DNA of 61,311 nucleotides, counting the filler, from Porpidia crustulata (lineage: Eukaryota), in assembly GCA_964255105.1 (NCBI GenBank). It is 15 parts of 15 records of this genome, joined end to end, with 100 filler letters (N's around TTAATTAATTAA, not from the genome) between each part and the next. Parts side by side here need not be neighbours in the genome. Positions count along the whole stretch, not along the records: positions 24,651 to 28,648 come from CAXUWE010002178.1; positions 28,749 to 32,746 come from CAXUWE010002179.1; positions 32,847 to 36,843 come from CAXUWE010002180.1; 12 more parts are not named here. One strand, 5' to 3'. A model generated the notes under the pieces. It was not told the origin of the DNA. It worked only from the letters and a program-made list of their open reading frames with translations, and made no database searches. Shown one piece after another: positions 24,785 to 36,823 of the stretch; position 1 is the stretch's first letter, and the number at the start of each line of letters is the position of its first letter. The position numbers and the translations under genes were made by a program.

Positions 24785-27700
24785 ATGCTCAACTCATCCC
24801 GAATCCTCCCTAAATCATGGTCTTCAACTCTTCAGCTACCAAAGTCTACTTTTCCTGCCAGAGCTTTACTTGCAGACCGTTCCAAATATTTACAAAGATG
24901 CACAGATGACCTCTATGCCTGGCAACGCCTGCGGCTAGGCCAAAAAGAACGCTTTACACTACATGATGGGCCACCTTACGCAAATGGAAGCCTGCATATT
25001 GGACACGCACTGAATAAGATCCTCAAAGATATAACATGCCGCTTCCAGCTTGCCCAGGGCAAGATCGTGGACTATGTCCCTGGATGGGACTGTCATGGAC
25101 TCCCCATTGAGCTGAAGGCTCTGGAGAAGCGAATTGACCTCAAGCAGCAGGCAAATGCGATAGCTATCAGAGAATCTGCCCAGAGACTGGCACAAAACGC
25201 TGTGGAGGACCAGAAATGGTCATTTCGGGAATGGGGAATCATGGCGGATTGGAATAATGCTTGGAAGACAATGCACAAGAGTTTCGAGATTAGTCAATTG
25301 GGCGTGTTCAATGAGATGGTTAAAAAGGGTCTAATATATCGAAGGTTCAAGCCTGTATACTGGTCCCCGTCTTCGCGTACAGCTTTAGCTGAAGCAGAGC
25401 TAGAATACAGAGAAAATCACATTTCTACTGCAGCATTTGTGAAGTATCCTTTGCAAAACGATTTACCACAGCTAGATGCTGTGCGGCAATTTGGATCAGG
25501 AGAAGTCAATGCTGTCATCTGGACGACTACTCCGTGGACACTGCCAGCCAATAGAGCTATTGGCTATCATTCTGAGATAGACTACGCAGTCGTCAATTCC
25601 GTCACTCATGGCCTCTTACTTCTCGCTGAATCAAGGATCGAACATGTTAAGGCGGCATGTGGAGAGGAGCTTGAGGTTATAGCTATTGTCCAAGGTTCGC
25701 AGCTTTTAGGGACTACCTATAGCGATACTATCTTTCGTCAGAACAACCCAGCACAACCTTTCTTACACGCTGATTTTGTATCTGCGGACTCCGGTTCGGG
25801 TTTAATCCATCTCGCACCCGGTCATGGTTCCGAGGATTATGACTTATGTCTTCGACATGGAATAGATGCATTCGCTCCTGTTGACGATGACGGATGTTTC
25901 ACCGCTGGTGCGTCGCCGGATCAGCCAAGCATCCTCTTAGGAAAGCCAGTACTGACCGAAGGTAATAAATCGATACTTGATTACTTGACTAGTCGTGGAT
26001 GTATTCTTAACCACCATGGATACACGCATAAGTACCCATATGACTGGCGAACGAAGAAGCCAGTCATTCTTCGTGCAACTGAGCAGTGGTTCGCAGATGT
26101 AGGTGAAATTCGAGAGACAGCTTTGCAATCACTTGAAGTGGTTAATTTCATCCCTCCAGGAGGAAAAGAGCGTCTCAGAAGCTTCGTCAAAAACCGCAGT
26201 GAGTGGTGCATTTCACGACAACGAGCATGGGGTGTACCCATTCCTGCACTATACCATAAGGAGACAGGCCAAGCGGTATTAACTGAGGAGAGTGTTTCTC
26301 ATATCATTTCAGTAATGCAAGATCGCGGACCAGATGCATGGTGGATCGACGATGAGAGCCTCGATGGCCTGTGGACCGCACCGGGCCTGCGAGATAAGTT
26401 TCCAGAGTCCGCGTACAGAAGGGGTACAGACACAATGGATGTGTGGTTCGACAGTGGATGCAGTTGGACACAAACGAACACAGGTCGAGACGGCAGCAGC
26501 CATGTTGCAGACGTCTGTCTTGAAGGTACTGACCAGCATCGCGGCTGGTTCCAGTCAAGCTTGTTGACCTATATTGCGTATCAGAATAAACTTTCGACGG
26601 AAGCATCCCCCCGAGCCCCGTACAAGACCCTGATTACACATGGGTTTACATTGGATGAACACGGTCGAAAGATGAGTAAGTCTATCGGCAACGTGATATC
26701 TCCAGACGAGATTATGCAAGGGACACTTTTACCGCCGATTGTAAAGAAACGTAGGGTGAAAGACGCCACTGTGGTTCCCGAAGCACCAATATCGTACGAT
26801 GCCATGGGACCTGATGCTCTACGTCTTTGGGCTGCCAGCTGTGATTACTCAAAGGACGTTGTTGTTAGCCAGGCAGTGTTGAAAGCAGTTAATTCGATCT
26901 TGGTCAAATACCGGGTTACCTTCAAAATGCTTTTGGGCATACTGGAAGATTTCTCCCCAGCGACTGAAATGAATGAGCTGGAAACTGTCCATCAAATCGC
27001 TCTCATACAGCTCAGAAAACTTCATACAAATGTTCTCCTATACTGCGAGAGGTTCGAGTTCAATAAAGCTCTTGTTGATATCAACAGGTATATCACCATT
27101 GATCTTTCTAGCTTCTATATTGAGACTATCAAAGACATTGTCTATGCCAACGAAAAAAGCTCCGAGTCCAGACTGCAAGCCCAGTTTACATTGTATCAGG
27201 TCTTTTGCCAACTTCAAGCGATGCTGGCACCTGTGACACCCTTGCTGGTAGAGGAAGTCTGGGACTACGCACCAAAGCAGATTCAGCACCTGCAGCGGAC
27301 AATGTTGACGAACGACAGTCATGTTCAAAGTCACAGTGCCTGGCGTAATGAGCGACTTGAGAAGGACCTACCATTCTTAATGTCAGCCAACGCTGCAGTC
27401 AAGACTGCCCAAGAAGCAGCGAGAAGTGAGAAGAAGATGGGCTCATCACTGCAGTCTGACGTCCTATTCCAATGTCAAAGTTTGACAGCGAAAAGTGCAA
27501 AGTCTGCATTCGAACTATGCAATCGCTATCGTGCCGATCTGGAGACACTAACCGTGGTGTCCAACGTAGAAATTTATGCCGGCGCCGTACCTCCACATGT
27601 CAGCGCCGCCAAATGGTCCTACCAGGTAGACTTTGAAATCGATGGATCGAGAGTAGTTGCACATATTTACTCGCCCCAGAAAGCGAAGTGTATCCGATGC

Positions 27701-27844
27701 TGGAAATATACGGCACCGGTCGCGGTGGAGGAGCATGAATCTCTATGTAATCGGTGCGAAGGAGTGGTGGAGAAGCTCAGAAGAAACAGGCCGGAGCTCT
27801 TCCAGAATTCGCTGAGTGCTCACGGCACTACTGCTGCTGCTTGA
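24785..27844 (+). CDS. ISM1: Mitochondrial isoleucyl-tRNA synthetase
   Basis: HDGPPYANGSLHIGH, GWDCHGLPIE, WTTTPWTLPAN, WCISRQR, EGTDQHRGWFQS, KMSKS, C-terminal CIRCW...C..C zinc motif (bacterial type-1/mitochondrial IleRS); intronless, 1019 aa. Confidence 0.95.
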   Translation: MLNSSRILPKSWSSTLQLPKSTFPARALLADRSKYLQRCTDDLYAWQRLRLGQKERFTLHDGPPYANGSLHIGHALNKILKDITCRFQLAQGKIVDYVPGWDCHGLPIELKALEKRIDLKQQANAIAIRESAQRLAQNAVEDQKWSFREWGIMADWNNAWKTMHKSFEISQLGVFNEMVKKGLIYRRFKPVYWSPSSRTALAEAELEYRENHISTAAFVKYPLQNDLPQLDAVRQFGSGEVNAVIWTTTPWTLPANRAIGYHSEIDYAVVNSVTHGLLLLAESRIEHVKAACGEELEVIAIVQGSQLLGTTYSDTIFRQNNPAQPFLHADFVSADSGSGLIHLAPGHGSEDYDLCLRHGIDAFAPVDDDGCFTAGASPDQPSILLGKPVLTEGNKSILDYLTSRGCILNHHGYTHKYPYDWRTKKPVILRATEQWFADVGEIRETALQSLEVVNFIPPGGKERLRSFVKNRSEWCISRQRAWGVPIPALYHKETGQAVLTEESVSHIISVMQDRGPDAWWIDDESLDGLWTAPGLRDKFPESAYRRGTDTMDVWFDSGCSWTQTNTGRDGSSHVADVCLEGTDQHRGWFQSSLLTYIAYQNKLSTEASPRAPYKTLITHGFTLDEHGRKMSKSIGNVISPDEIMQGTLLPPIVKKRRVKDATVVPEAPISYDAMGPDALRLWAASCDYSKDVVVSQAVLKAVNSILVKYRVTFKMLLGILEDFSPATEMNELETVHQIALIQLRKLHTNVLLYCERFEFNKALVDINRYITIDLSSFYIETIKDIVYANEKSSESRLQAQFTLYQVFCQLQAMLAPVTPLLVEEVWDYAPKQIQHLQRTMLTNDSHVQSHSAWRNERLEKDLPFLMSANAAVKTAQEAARSEKKMGSSLQSDVLFQCQSLTAKSAKSAFELCNRYRADLETLTVVSNVEIYAGAVPPHVSAAKWSYQVDFEIDGSRVVAHIYSPQKAKCIRCWKYTAPVAVEEHESLCNRCEGVVEKLRRNRPELFQNSLSAHGTTAAA

Positions 27845-28225
27845 TTGTACTGTAAGACCTTGATTTAATATCTTCTAGTTGTTGTATACCCCTTTCATAG
27901 CTAGCCGAACGGACCTAAGAGGTCATTTTTTTCACGATCCATCCATTGCTCATCAATTTTTCACTTAACCTGCTTTTACGATGTTGCGTCTGTTTCTACG
28001 ACTTTCTGTTGGCTCGGTCTACTCCTCTTTGAGTTCCTCCCGTTGCGCAATGTTGACTCCTTGTCTCTACCCACATATTTCAAAACAAACAACAACCCCT
28101 TCCGTCTATCCATAAATCAACAAACCCAACCACAACATTTACACCCCTCCATTTTCACCACAAACCTTCATTTCCATACCATTTCCCACAAAGCCCTCCC
28201 CCATCATCATTTCTAAACTTCCACC

Positions 28226-28486
28226 ATGTCCTCAAACAACACCGACCTAATTGCAACCTTGAACGCCGAAGTTGCAGAATTGTCCGCTCGACTCGAAGAC
28301 CAAAAATGGAACCAAGAGCTCTTGGCTTTCCTTGGCATGTTGCAGACCCAGAAGATTTTCAATTTGGAAATTGAGTTGAATGCTCTCAAAGAGCGAATTA
28401 GCGCTTTGTCGGCTTCGTCTTCTGGTGAAGTCGGTGCTATGGGGTATGCATCGGAATCACCCAACCCCCTCCAGAACACCTCTTAA
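28226..28486 (+). CDS. Small hypothetical coiled-coil protein (86 aa)
   Basis: Good start context CCACCATGT after a C/A/T-rich leader; heptad pattern (LNAEVAELSARLE, LEIELNALKERISAL); no recognised family. Confidence 0.4.
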   Translation: MSSNNTDLIATLNAEVAELSARLEDQKWNQELLAFLGMLQTQKIFNLEIELNALKERISALSASSSGEVGAMGYASESPNPLQNTS

Positions 28487-28748
28487 CTAGGATCACTAAT
28501 CGGTATCTAGTATCTCCTCCGCTCCCATTCCACATCCAAACGTCGATATCACCACCTCCTTTCCTCCTCCAACCACATCTACCGCCCGCAAGTCTTCCCC
28601 CCCCAAACCTTCCAACCTTCCAAACCCCACTCCCACCCTGACAAGAACNNNNNNNNNNNNNNNNNNNNNNNNNNNNNNNNNNNNNNNNNNNNTTAATTAA
28701 TTAANNNNNNNNNNNNNNNNNNNNNNNNNNNNNNNNNNNNNNNNNNNN

Positions 28749-29586
28749 GGGTGATGGAGAGGGGGGATGTTTTTGGGATGGGGGCAGGAGGTACCCGAAT
28801 TTGAAGCCGACTTGGGCGCTGTGAGCGTGAAAGCGGCGGAAGAGCTCGTCGGAGGCGGGGTGAGGGATGGATGGGTTGGGGGAGATGCCGTACCAGGAAG
28901 TGATGTCTTTGTCGTCCCATTGGAGATAGCCGCATGGTTCTGAAGGGAAAAATTGGGAGTCAGCGTTTGAGACGATGGATTTAAGGTGCGTAGGTCACCG
29001 TACTTGCACTCTACTTCGTCAGGAGAGTATGGACCTACTCAGCATTTTGATCAGATTTTCCAAAATTGGCCCTGGATCACCATCCCTAACCACAAGGGCA
29101 AATGCCCGGACATGTACGATATCATATTTGCCGACCAAGTCCTCGGGAATGTCTGCAAAAATATCCATGGTCTTGAGAGTCATGTTTTCCGGCAACAATT
29201 CAGCGGCTGGGAATTGAGAGGCAGATATATCGAAGCCGTCAAGCCGAAAGGTTCTGGGCACTTCTTGCGCGACGTCGATGAGCCAGCAGCTATTCATGTC
29301 AAGAATAGACAGGGCGCAACACTGGATGGAGGTGGAAGTTTATAATGCTTACCCATTTCCAGTCCCAATATCGACAATATTCATATTGATGCCGGTGACG
29401 GGAATTGAGGGATGGATATTGTAGCGGAGGGTGTATTTCCACATCCATTGCTGGAGATGTAGTCTGCTCGGAGACTGAAGATTAATCACTGCCAACATAT
29501 AGAGTAACGAGGACAGACCTTGCTGATGCTCTATATCCACGACTTAGCATGTAGCGTTCCTTTGTAGAAGTATCATTGCTGCCCAT
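28749..29586 (-). CDS. SAM-dependent methyltransferase (fungal class I, LaeA-like family), 3' partial
   Basis: YMLSRGYRASARLHLQQWMWK...IHPSIP...VDIGTGNG motif I; LDGFDISASQFP; GKYDIVHVR; multiple introns. Confidence 0.85.
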
Positions 29587-30641
29587 ATCTTCGACGGGCG
29601 CACTGTGTTGACCATAGGGTGATGCAAATTACCGGTGTAGACGACTTACTGCTAGAAGGGAAAGCTTTGATGATTCAGGTGACGGATAGAATGAGATCCG
29701 AGATGAAGAGTGAGAGGGTGAGCTTCCATGTCTACATACGTCACGTTGCATCACTCGATTATCATCATCTATAAGAGGAAATACATTCACTACCGCTAAT
29801 AAGGCTTAGTAACACAAGATGACCTAATGAACAGAACGATCAGGCGTGTGACTAAGTTTTTGACAGACGCATGCATCAGAGCTAAGTAGGAAGACGAAAA
29901 GAATATTAAAATGCTGAGTCGCGTGTAGGAACACTCATGAGGCAAGTCAGAGTTGTATCGTGCTTTTTAAAATACTTATTGAAGTGTTCAGAATCAGTAG
30001 AAATGTATGAGATTGTCGATCAGAGGGTGATTCTGGGGAGTGATCGTGCAAAAGCGAAAGAGGAAACAACTATTACCAGAATGTTCACCAACATCGTTTG
30101 AACCGAATCAGGCAGGCTGTCAGACCCTCTGTAGATTTGAAGTTCTTGCCAAAGCAGAAAGTCTAGCGACAACAAAGATGAATGGAAGTGCAAAATATCT
30201 TGAACGTACATTCTAGCGTCAATTCTGCCTAAAGCGGTGATGGGTATCGCAAGGATCGATATATAAGACTTTCCGGAGAATCCTACGATAAGACATTCTT
30301 CAAACGACTTTGTGGCTTCGCGGGAACCTGAGACTGGCAGGAGCATACACGATCTGTGAGCTGTGTAGATGAGCTTGGCTGTTAGCTCTGTCGGTGTCTT
30401 TGCAATGCCACATCTAACATTCAACTCATGGTTAGATCAGTGCCCGACGTGGATCCATGATACGGTGTGTAGCCTCCGCAGAAGATTTCTGTAAGATTGA
30501 GCAGTGTATTGAAGTGGAAACAGCAAGCAAGATTGTCCATGCCGACGAAGGAAATCATATTGCTGTAGCAACATTTCCCCATCATCGCAGAGAGACGTGT
30601 TAACGCGCTCTGAATGCATAACTCTCGCGGATTCCTGCTTT

Positions 30642-30770
30642 TATTCACCCCCAGTCCGATTACACCCCCAGTCCGAAAACAGCACCTAGGGTTAGGGCTA
30701 GAAAATATATAGAGCCCTAACCCTAGGTGTTGTTTTCGGACTGGGGGTGTCATCGGATTGGGGGTGAATA
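30642..30770. mobile_element. Fold-back/MITE-like element with 58-bp inverted arms
   Basis: Arms 30642-30699 and 30713-30770 are reverse complements with 3 mismatches; 13-nt loop; TA at both outer ends. Confidence 0.7.
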
Positions 30771-31109
30771 CGAGTACCTTGTGTAAAGTCAGGCACAACA
30801 TCTAACGGAAAGGTCCAGTGATAGGTCGTGCAGATGAGTCAACATAAGCTCGATGAATATGTAGACCACATTGGGATTAAAAGCTCAAGTCTTTGCTTGG
30901 AATTCGGGAACGAGGGACGTTGGAAATCTCCGCCACATGAGGCTGAGGGCGCTAGCGGATTTTTATGTTTTCCTAGAATTGTAGTCTCCTAACATCAATT
31001 AATACATCTACACATGTATTTGTAACAGACTAAATGGTGATGGAATGGATATATGCAATCGATAACCCACACAAATATACACACCATCGAACAAAAGTCT
31101 ATTAACCAC

Positions 31110-32299
31110 CTATCTAGGCAGCAATTTGTGATTCTGCTTCCCCCATTTCATCTGATTATCCATCTGATCAAACTTCTGCGAATTCGCCCCCTTTGCAGCC
31201 ACCCACTCCCTCGCCCGGCGAGCCACCGCCTCACTTCTCTGTGCCTTCTTCTCAGCCAAGACGAGCGCCTGCCGCTGTTGCACCGACACGCCTAGCATGC
31301 TCATCTCGTCACGACGCCCCAGTTGTCGGCCCGACGTCAGTTGTCGGCCTGACGTCAGTTGTTGGCTTGGCACCAGCTGCGACCCGACAACCAGTGACGA
31401 CGATTCTGCATCCTCGGAACCCGGGGGCACAGCTCTCATCGTCAATGCCGCAAGACCCCGTTTCCTGGATACTTTCTTAGTCGCGGGAGCATCACATCTC
31501 GAGCCGATCACCCTGCCAGAGGCGAAGCGGATCTCCGTCGTTGACAGGTCATTCGGGCGTTCCTGCTCCAGCGCGGCGGTGCCGTCCTCGTCGGCCCTTT
31601 GCGGGCTCTCCCAGAAGTCGAGCAGTTCCGGCTCCCTGTCCAAGTTCAAGAGACAGTGTGCCTTGTCCCTCATGTGGCTCTGTATGCTCCGGGTCGAGGG
31701 CTTCGTGGCGCCGCAGTAGAGGCATTCGTGCCACGCTCGGACCTCCGTGGCTAGGTACCCCACGAAGCTCTGCAGATCTACCACCATGTCCGGGTCTGGG
31801 ATGGACATCCCGTGGGCTGTACGCATGTGCTCGAGGTTCGTTGCAAAGCCGGCGTCGTCGCATGCAAAGCCTTGGCTACAGAACAGACATTGGAAGGGCG
31901 ATGCGCTTTCCTCGCCCTCGTTGTCCGAGATTTCCTCGTCGCTGCTGCTTCTGCTCCTTCTGCTGCTGGCACATACCTTGCTGGTAGATGCCTCGCTGAT
32001 GTCAGGCTTTTTCTCGATCTGTAGGTTGAATGCATCGAGGGGAATCGGCGGTAATGATGCAATGCGCCGCTTGATGTTGTACACGCTATTCTGATGTCAA
32101 TTCTCGAGATCTAGACCATAGTCGTATCGATTTCGACGTACTGCCATGGCTCTTTCATGTGTATGCGCTGCTCCTGCCCATTTGGGAAGGATATCTGGCA
32201 CGAAGTGCATGAGTAGCTTGTTGATGGGAGTGGAGAGGGAGGTTTCTCAGTATGGTTATCGGCATTGGTGTCCAGGCTGGAGGACGTAGTGCTTAGCAT
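31110..32299 (-). CDS. C2H2 zinc-finger protein, Rei1/ZNF622-like (TRI15-type paralogue)
   Basis: CTSCQISF...QRIHMKEPWHVYNIKRRIASLPPI after intron 32086-32141; CLFC...NLEHMRTAHGMSIPD; ECLYC...IQSHMRDKAHC. Confidence 0.85.
31320..31365 (+). repeat. 18-bp coding tandem repeat (QLTSGR units)
   Basis: cagttgtcggcccgacgt cagttgtcggcctgacgt cagttgttgg. Confidence 0.85.
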
Positions 32300-32846
32300 T
32301 GCTTCAGTGATAACTAGAGAAGAGGAAGATCAATTGAAGATGTTCGTGACCGCAATGATGAATTGATTGCTCGTCCTTATATATGCTCTACGCATGAACT
32401 AGCTTTGAAGACGTTCTGTTGCTCCCTGTCAGAGAGCTACCACGGATGGACAATTCCGAGTGCATTGCAGACACAGCCGACCGAATTGAGTCATAATTCG
32501 CGATCGAAGAACTTGCAAGCATAACCACCAGCATAGTTGAATACCTATAAAACTATATGACTCTACCTTACCCTTTGAAATTCCCGTCCATCTCACAACT
32601 TCCCGCACAGTCATCGAATAAGATTCATAGATTACCACATTAGGAAAGGTCATCACGATCATCATGCGCCGTGATTATTAACCGATCCATCCGATGCTAA
32701 ATCAAATTCGGACAAGTTACTTTGGAGTATTGATACTGGTGTATATNNNNNNNNNNNNNNNNNNNNNNNNNNNNNNNNNNNNNNNNNNNNTTAATTAATT
32801 AANNNNNNNNNNNNNNNNNNNNNNNNNNNNNNNNNNNNNNNNNNNN

Positions 32847-34102
32847 GTCGAGAACGCCGCGCTGGAGGTCCGGGTCCGAGAGGCGGGAGAAGATGTAATG
32901 CGCGAGGCGGCAGGCGAGCGGGTTGCCGCCGAACGTGGTGCCGTGGTCGCCTGTGAAGACGCAGATGGCGACGTCTTCGGAGACGATGGTGGCGCCGATG
33001 GGGAAGCCGTTGCCGAGGGCTTTGGCGGTGGTGAGGATGTCTGGGTGGGCAGCGGGGGGCAGGATCTGGTGGGCCCAGAGGTGGCCGGTACGGGAGAGGC
33101 CACATTGGATTTCGTCGTAGATGAGGACGGCGCCGACTTGGTTGCAGCGGGTGCGGAGGGCTTGGAGGAAGGAAGGGGTGGCGACGTTGACGCCGCCTTC
33201 GCCTTGGATGGGCTCGACGATGACGCCACAGGTTTTTTCCGTGATGAGTTCGTTGATGCTTGCTTCGTCGTTGTAGGTCCCGTACTTGAAGCCAGGGATC
33301 ATTGGTGAGAAGGGTTTCTGATATTTTGGGTTTGGCGTGGCTGATAGAGAGCCCATGGTCCGGCCATGGAATGAATTTTCAAAGGAAACTATCTCATGCT
33401 GTTCACCTGATGGTTGCCGTATTTTGCCGACTTTGCGGGCAAATTTGATGGCGGCTTCGTTGGCTTCGCTACCGGAATTGCAGACAAAGACTTTGGAGGC
33501 GTTGTGCATGGATCCCGAGGCCCGGGTTTTGGTGACTATCAATTTCGAAAGTTCGCCAGTCCAAGGATTGTGGTATAGATTCGAAGTATGTACTAGTGTT
33601 CGAGCCTGCAACTGAGCTCTCAGTAAAATTCAAACTGAGCTGGAGATCATTATCTGACTTGCTCTGCTATCAACTTGCTCATCTCCGGATCACAGTGCCC
33701 TAACGCATTGACAGCAATGCCGGCAGTAAAATCCAGATATCTTCGATTCTCAATGTCCCATAGATAGCATCCTTCTCCTTTGACCATCATTGGCGGTGGA
33801 CGCACGTACGTGGCTACCATGTAGGGCATGTGCTGACCCACTATGGCTGCGGTCTGGGAATCTGAAGCAGGATCGGGAGTAGGTAGAGAGGCTTCTTTCT
33901 AGAACATATTAGTTTCTAGCATTGATGGGTTCAACATCCACGGCATACTCACCGGTATGTCATATTGGCTCTCTGGGGAGGTCGAAGTGGGAACGGCCAT
34001 GGCGGTTGCATTGCGTTTGGGATTTCTTGAAGTGACGGCAGCTATTAGAGCAGGGCCATCAAGACTCACGCCTGTTCTGCGAGCCGCGAGTCGTAGAGCC
34101 AT
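32847..34102 (-). CDS. ARG8: Acetylornithine aminotransferase, mitochondrial, 3' partial
   Basis: Basic presequence [70 protein letters not shown] lysine in [18 protein letters not shown]; two introns. Confidence 0.95.
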
Positions 34103-35216
34103 GTGAGGTTGTATGATTAATGGTGTATAGTGATAGCGTGCAAGTCAATTATCACGATCAAAAACAAATCTCGAATGTCAAATTTTAGGGTAGGGCTGAG
34201 TCTTATCGATTGAAGGGGGGTACACTAATCCGTAAACATAGCTAGTCCAGATATGGATTATCTGGGGAAAGCCGCAATTAGACCGCCTCAATTACCACTA
34301 GAGTAGGTAGGTATGTTATGTTAACTCGTTTTCAATTCAGTCGCTCTGAGGTAATTTACCATTGCGCTACCAACCCTGAGGATGATATGACTTGGAGATA
34401 ATACCTGCTTACACGTCTAGATGCGAGCATTCGCTTCCTGCTGAAGATCATAGAAACCATCGGCACGATTAGCACTCACGCACTCAACTCAGTAATAGCG
34501 CCACCTTGCTGCAGGGCGTAGTGTACCGGCGGTTTCAAGCATTGTGACGGCATATCCAACAATTCCTACGTCAGGATTGATGGTACGGTATTAATACATC
34601 CCACCAATTACGTCTCTCTCTCAGCTGACTCTGCCAGTAAATACAAGACTGCGCCCACATCCACCTTCCTTCGTAACACATTTTTCTCTCCCTTCTTTCT
34701 CTTCAATCATAGACCTTCTAGATGTTCACAAGATAGTCAATGATACCATTTATAAATTTCATGGAGCTTCATGACTAGCGGCAACACTTAAGCAGCCACG
34801 GATACTCAGCAGCCTCTAAACCGAGTAGCCTCGCTTGGCGGTCCTGGTCCTGAACCAGGTCCTAGTGGTGGGCGCCCAGGACCTTCTGACGTTTACCCTG
34901 ATCCAATTAAAAAAAAAAAGGTCAACAGAAGGACGAAAACATAGAAGCTGAGCATATCCCTCATGTAGATAGGGTTGTGGCTGAGTACGTTCAAGAAGTA
35001 GAAGAAATTCTAGAGGACAAAGATTTGAGTACACGTGATCGAAGGCATAAGCTGGACGAACTTATATTAAAACAAGATCAGCTAAGTAGTAAAAGGTCTT
35101 CCTCTGATAGTGACGAACAAGCCTTAAAGCGATATAGATATTTTCTAGATAGATATAGAGAAGTTCTCGAAAGTGGTTCAACTGAACTAGATAAGAAAAA
35201 TAAATTCCTAGCAATA

Positions 35217-36823
35217 ATGGCGGAGGAAAATGGCCACTCCAAGATCGAATCCAATTCTCAAGAATCTCCAAAACCTCCAAGAAAAGACGGGAAAATCGAA
35301 CTCAAGGAATCAGATTGTTACAATCAGCTGGGGTTTGGATTTCCAATATGGAAGAAATGGACCATCCTCACTGTCATCTTCTGGGTTCAAATGTCCATGA
35401 ATTTCAATGCGAGCGTGTACGCAAACGACATCATTCCTCTATCGGAACACTTCCACATCAGCGAGCAAGCCGCCAGAGTGGGACAGATGATCTTCTTGGT
35501 CGCATATGCATTTGGAAGTGAATTGTGGGCGCCTTGGAGTGAGGAGCTAGGACGATGGCCGGTCCTCCAGCTCAGTTTGTTCTTGGTCAATATATGGCAA
35601 ATCCCAGCCGCGCTTGCACCAAATTTCGGTACCATCGTCGTCGCCCGCTTCCTTGGAGGCCTCTCTTCTGCTGGTGGCTCCGTGACACTGGGTATGGTGG
35701 CAGATATGTGGGAGGCTGATGACCAGCAATACGCTGTAGCCTACGTTGTGCTCTCCTCTGTCGGTGGATCGGTACTTGGTCCAATTGTTGGAGGATTCAT
35801 ACAGGCTTACCTCTCATGGCACTGGAATTTTTGGATCCAGCTCATCTTTGGCGGTGTCGTGCAGGTCATGCACTTCTTTTTGGTACCGGAGACGAGAGCT
35901 ACCATTATGGTTGACAGAATAGCGAAGAAGAAACGCAAGGCGGGGGAGACGAATGTTTATGGTCCCAACGAATTTAAAGAGCACCGACTATCGATGAAGG
36001 AGATTCTCGTCATCTGGTACCGACCTTTTGAGATGTTCATCCGCGAGCCAATCGTACTTTGCCTGTCCCTGCTCAGCGGCTTCAGCGATGCCTTGATCTT
36101 CACCTTTTTAGAGTCCTACAGTCCTGTGTTCAAACAATGGGACTTTAACACCTACGAGGTTGGCCTTGCGTTTCTTCCCATCGCCATTGGGTACTTTATC
36201 GCCTATTTTTCATTCTTCCCATTTATCCACCGGCACCGGGCCATTCGACGAAAAGATCCAGACGCCCTTCAACCCGAAGCTCGTCTATATTGGCTTCTAT
36301 GGACAGCCCCTCTCGAAACCATTGGTCTCTTTGGCTTCGCCTGGACATGTCTAGGTCCGCCTCAAGTGCATTGGATAGCTCCCCTCATCTTTTCATCCTT
36401 AGTAGGAATAGCAAACGTAAGTACCCTTCCAAACTCAGCCCTTACAACCAGAACCGTCAAAGCTGACCCACCCGATAGTACTGCATCTACATGGCCACAA
36501 TCGATTACATGATCGCCTCCTACGGCCCTTACTCCGCCTCCGCCACGGGCGGCAATGCGTTGGCACGTGACTTCCTCGCCGGCATCGCCGCCATGTACTC
36601 GACTCCCTTCTACAAGAACCTCCACATCAAATACCCGCTCGAGGTGCCCACCACCATCCTCGCGGTCCTGGCGTTCCTGGTCACGATCCCGATTTTTGTA
36701 TTTTATTGGAAGGGGCCGGCGGTGAGGGCGAGGTCGAAGTTTGCGCAGACGCTGGCGAGCGATCGGAAGGCGCAGGGGGGGAAGGCGGTGGCGACGGAGG
36801 GGGAGAAGGCGAATGCGGTTTAA
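35217..36823 (+). CDS. MFS transporter, DHA1 (drug:H+ antiporter) family
   Basis: WKKWTIL, WAPWSEELGR, RFLGG, GPIVGG, WHWNFW, VPETR, RPFEMFIREP, PEARL, DYMIASY; intron 36417-36478; the frame is also open upstream to 34911. Confidence 0.9.

Noticed and set aside
32847..33240. G-rich contig starts and C-rich contig ends with many overlapping ORFs (also 8235-8760, 49214-49870, 52700-53181)
   Set aside because: Shadow ORFs of high-GC3 coding sequence; assembly breaks probably reflect coverage dropout in such sequence.
34197..34203. TGAGTCT, a possible Gcn4/CpcA site upstream of ARG8
   Set aside because: Plausible but a single imperfect 7-mer, not distinguishable from chance.
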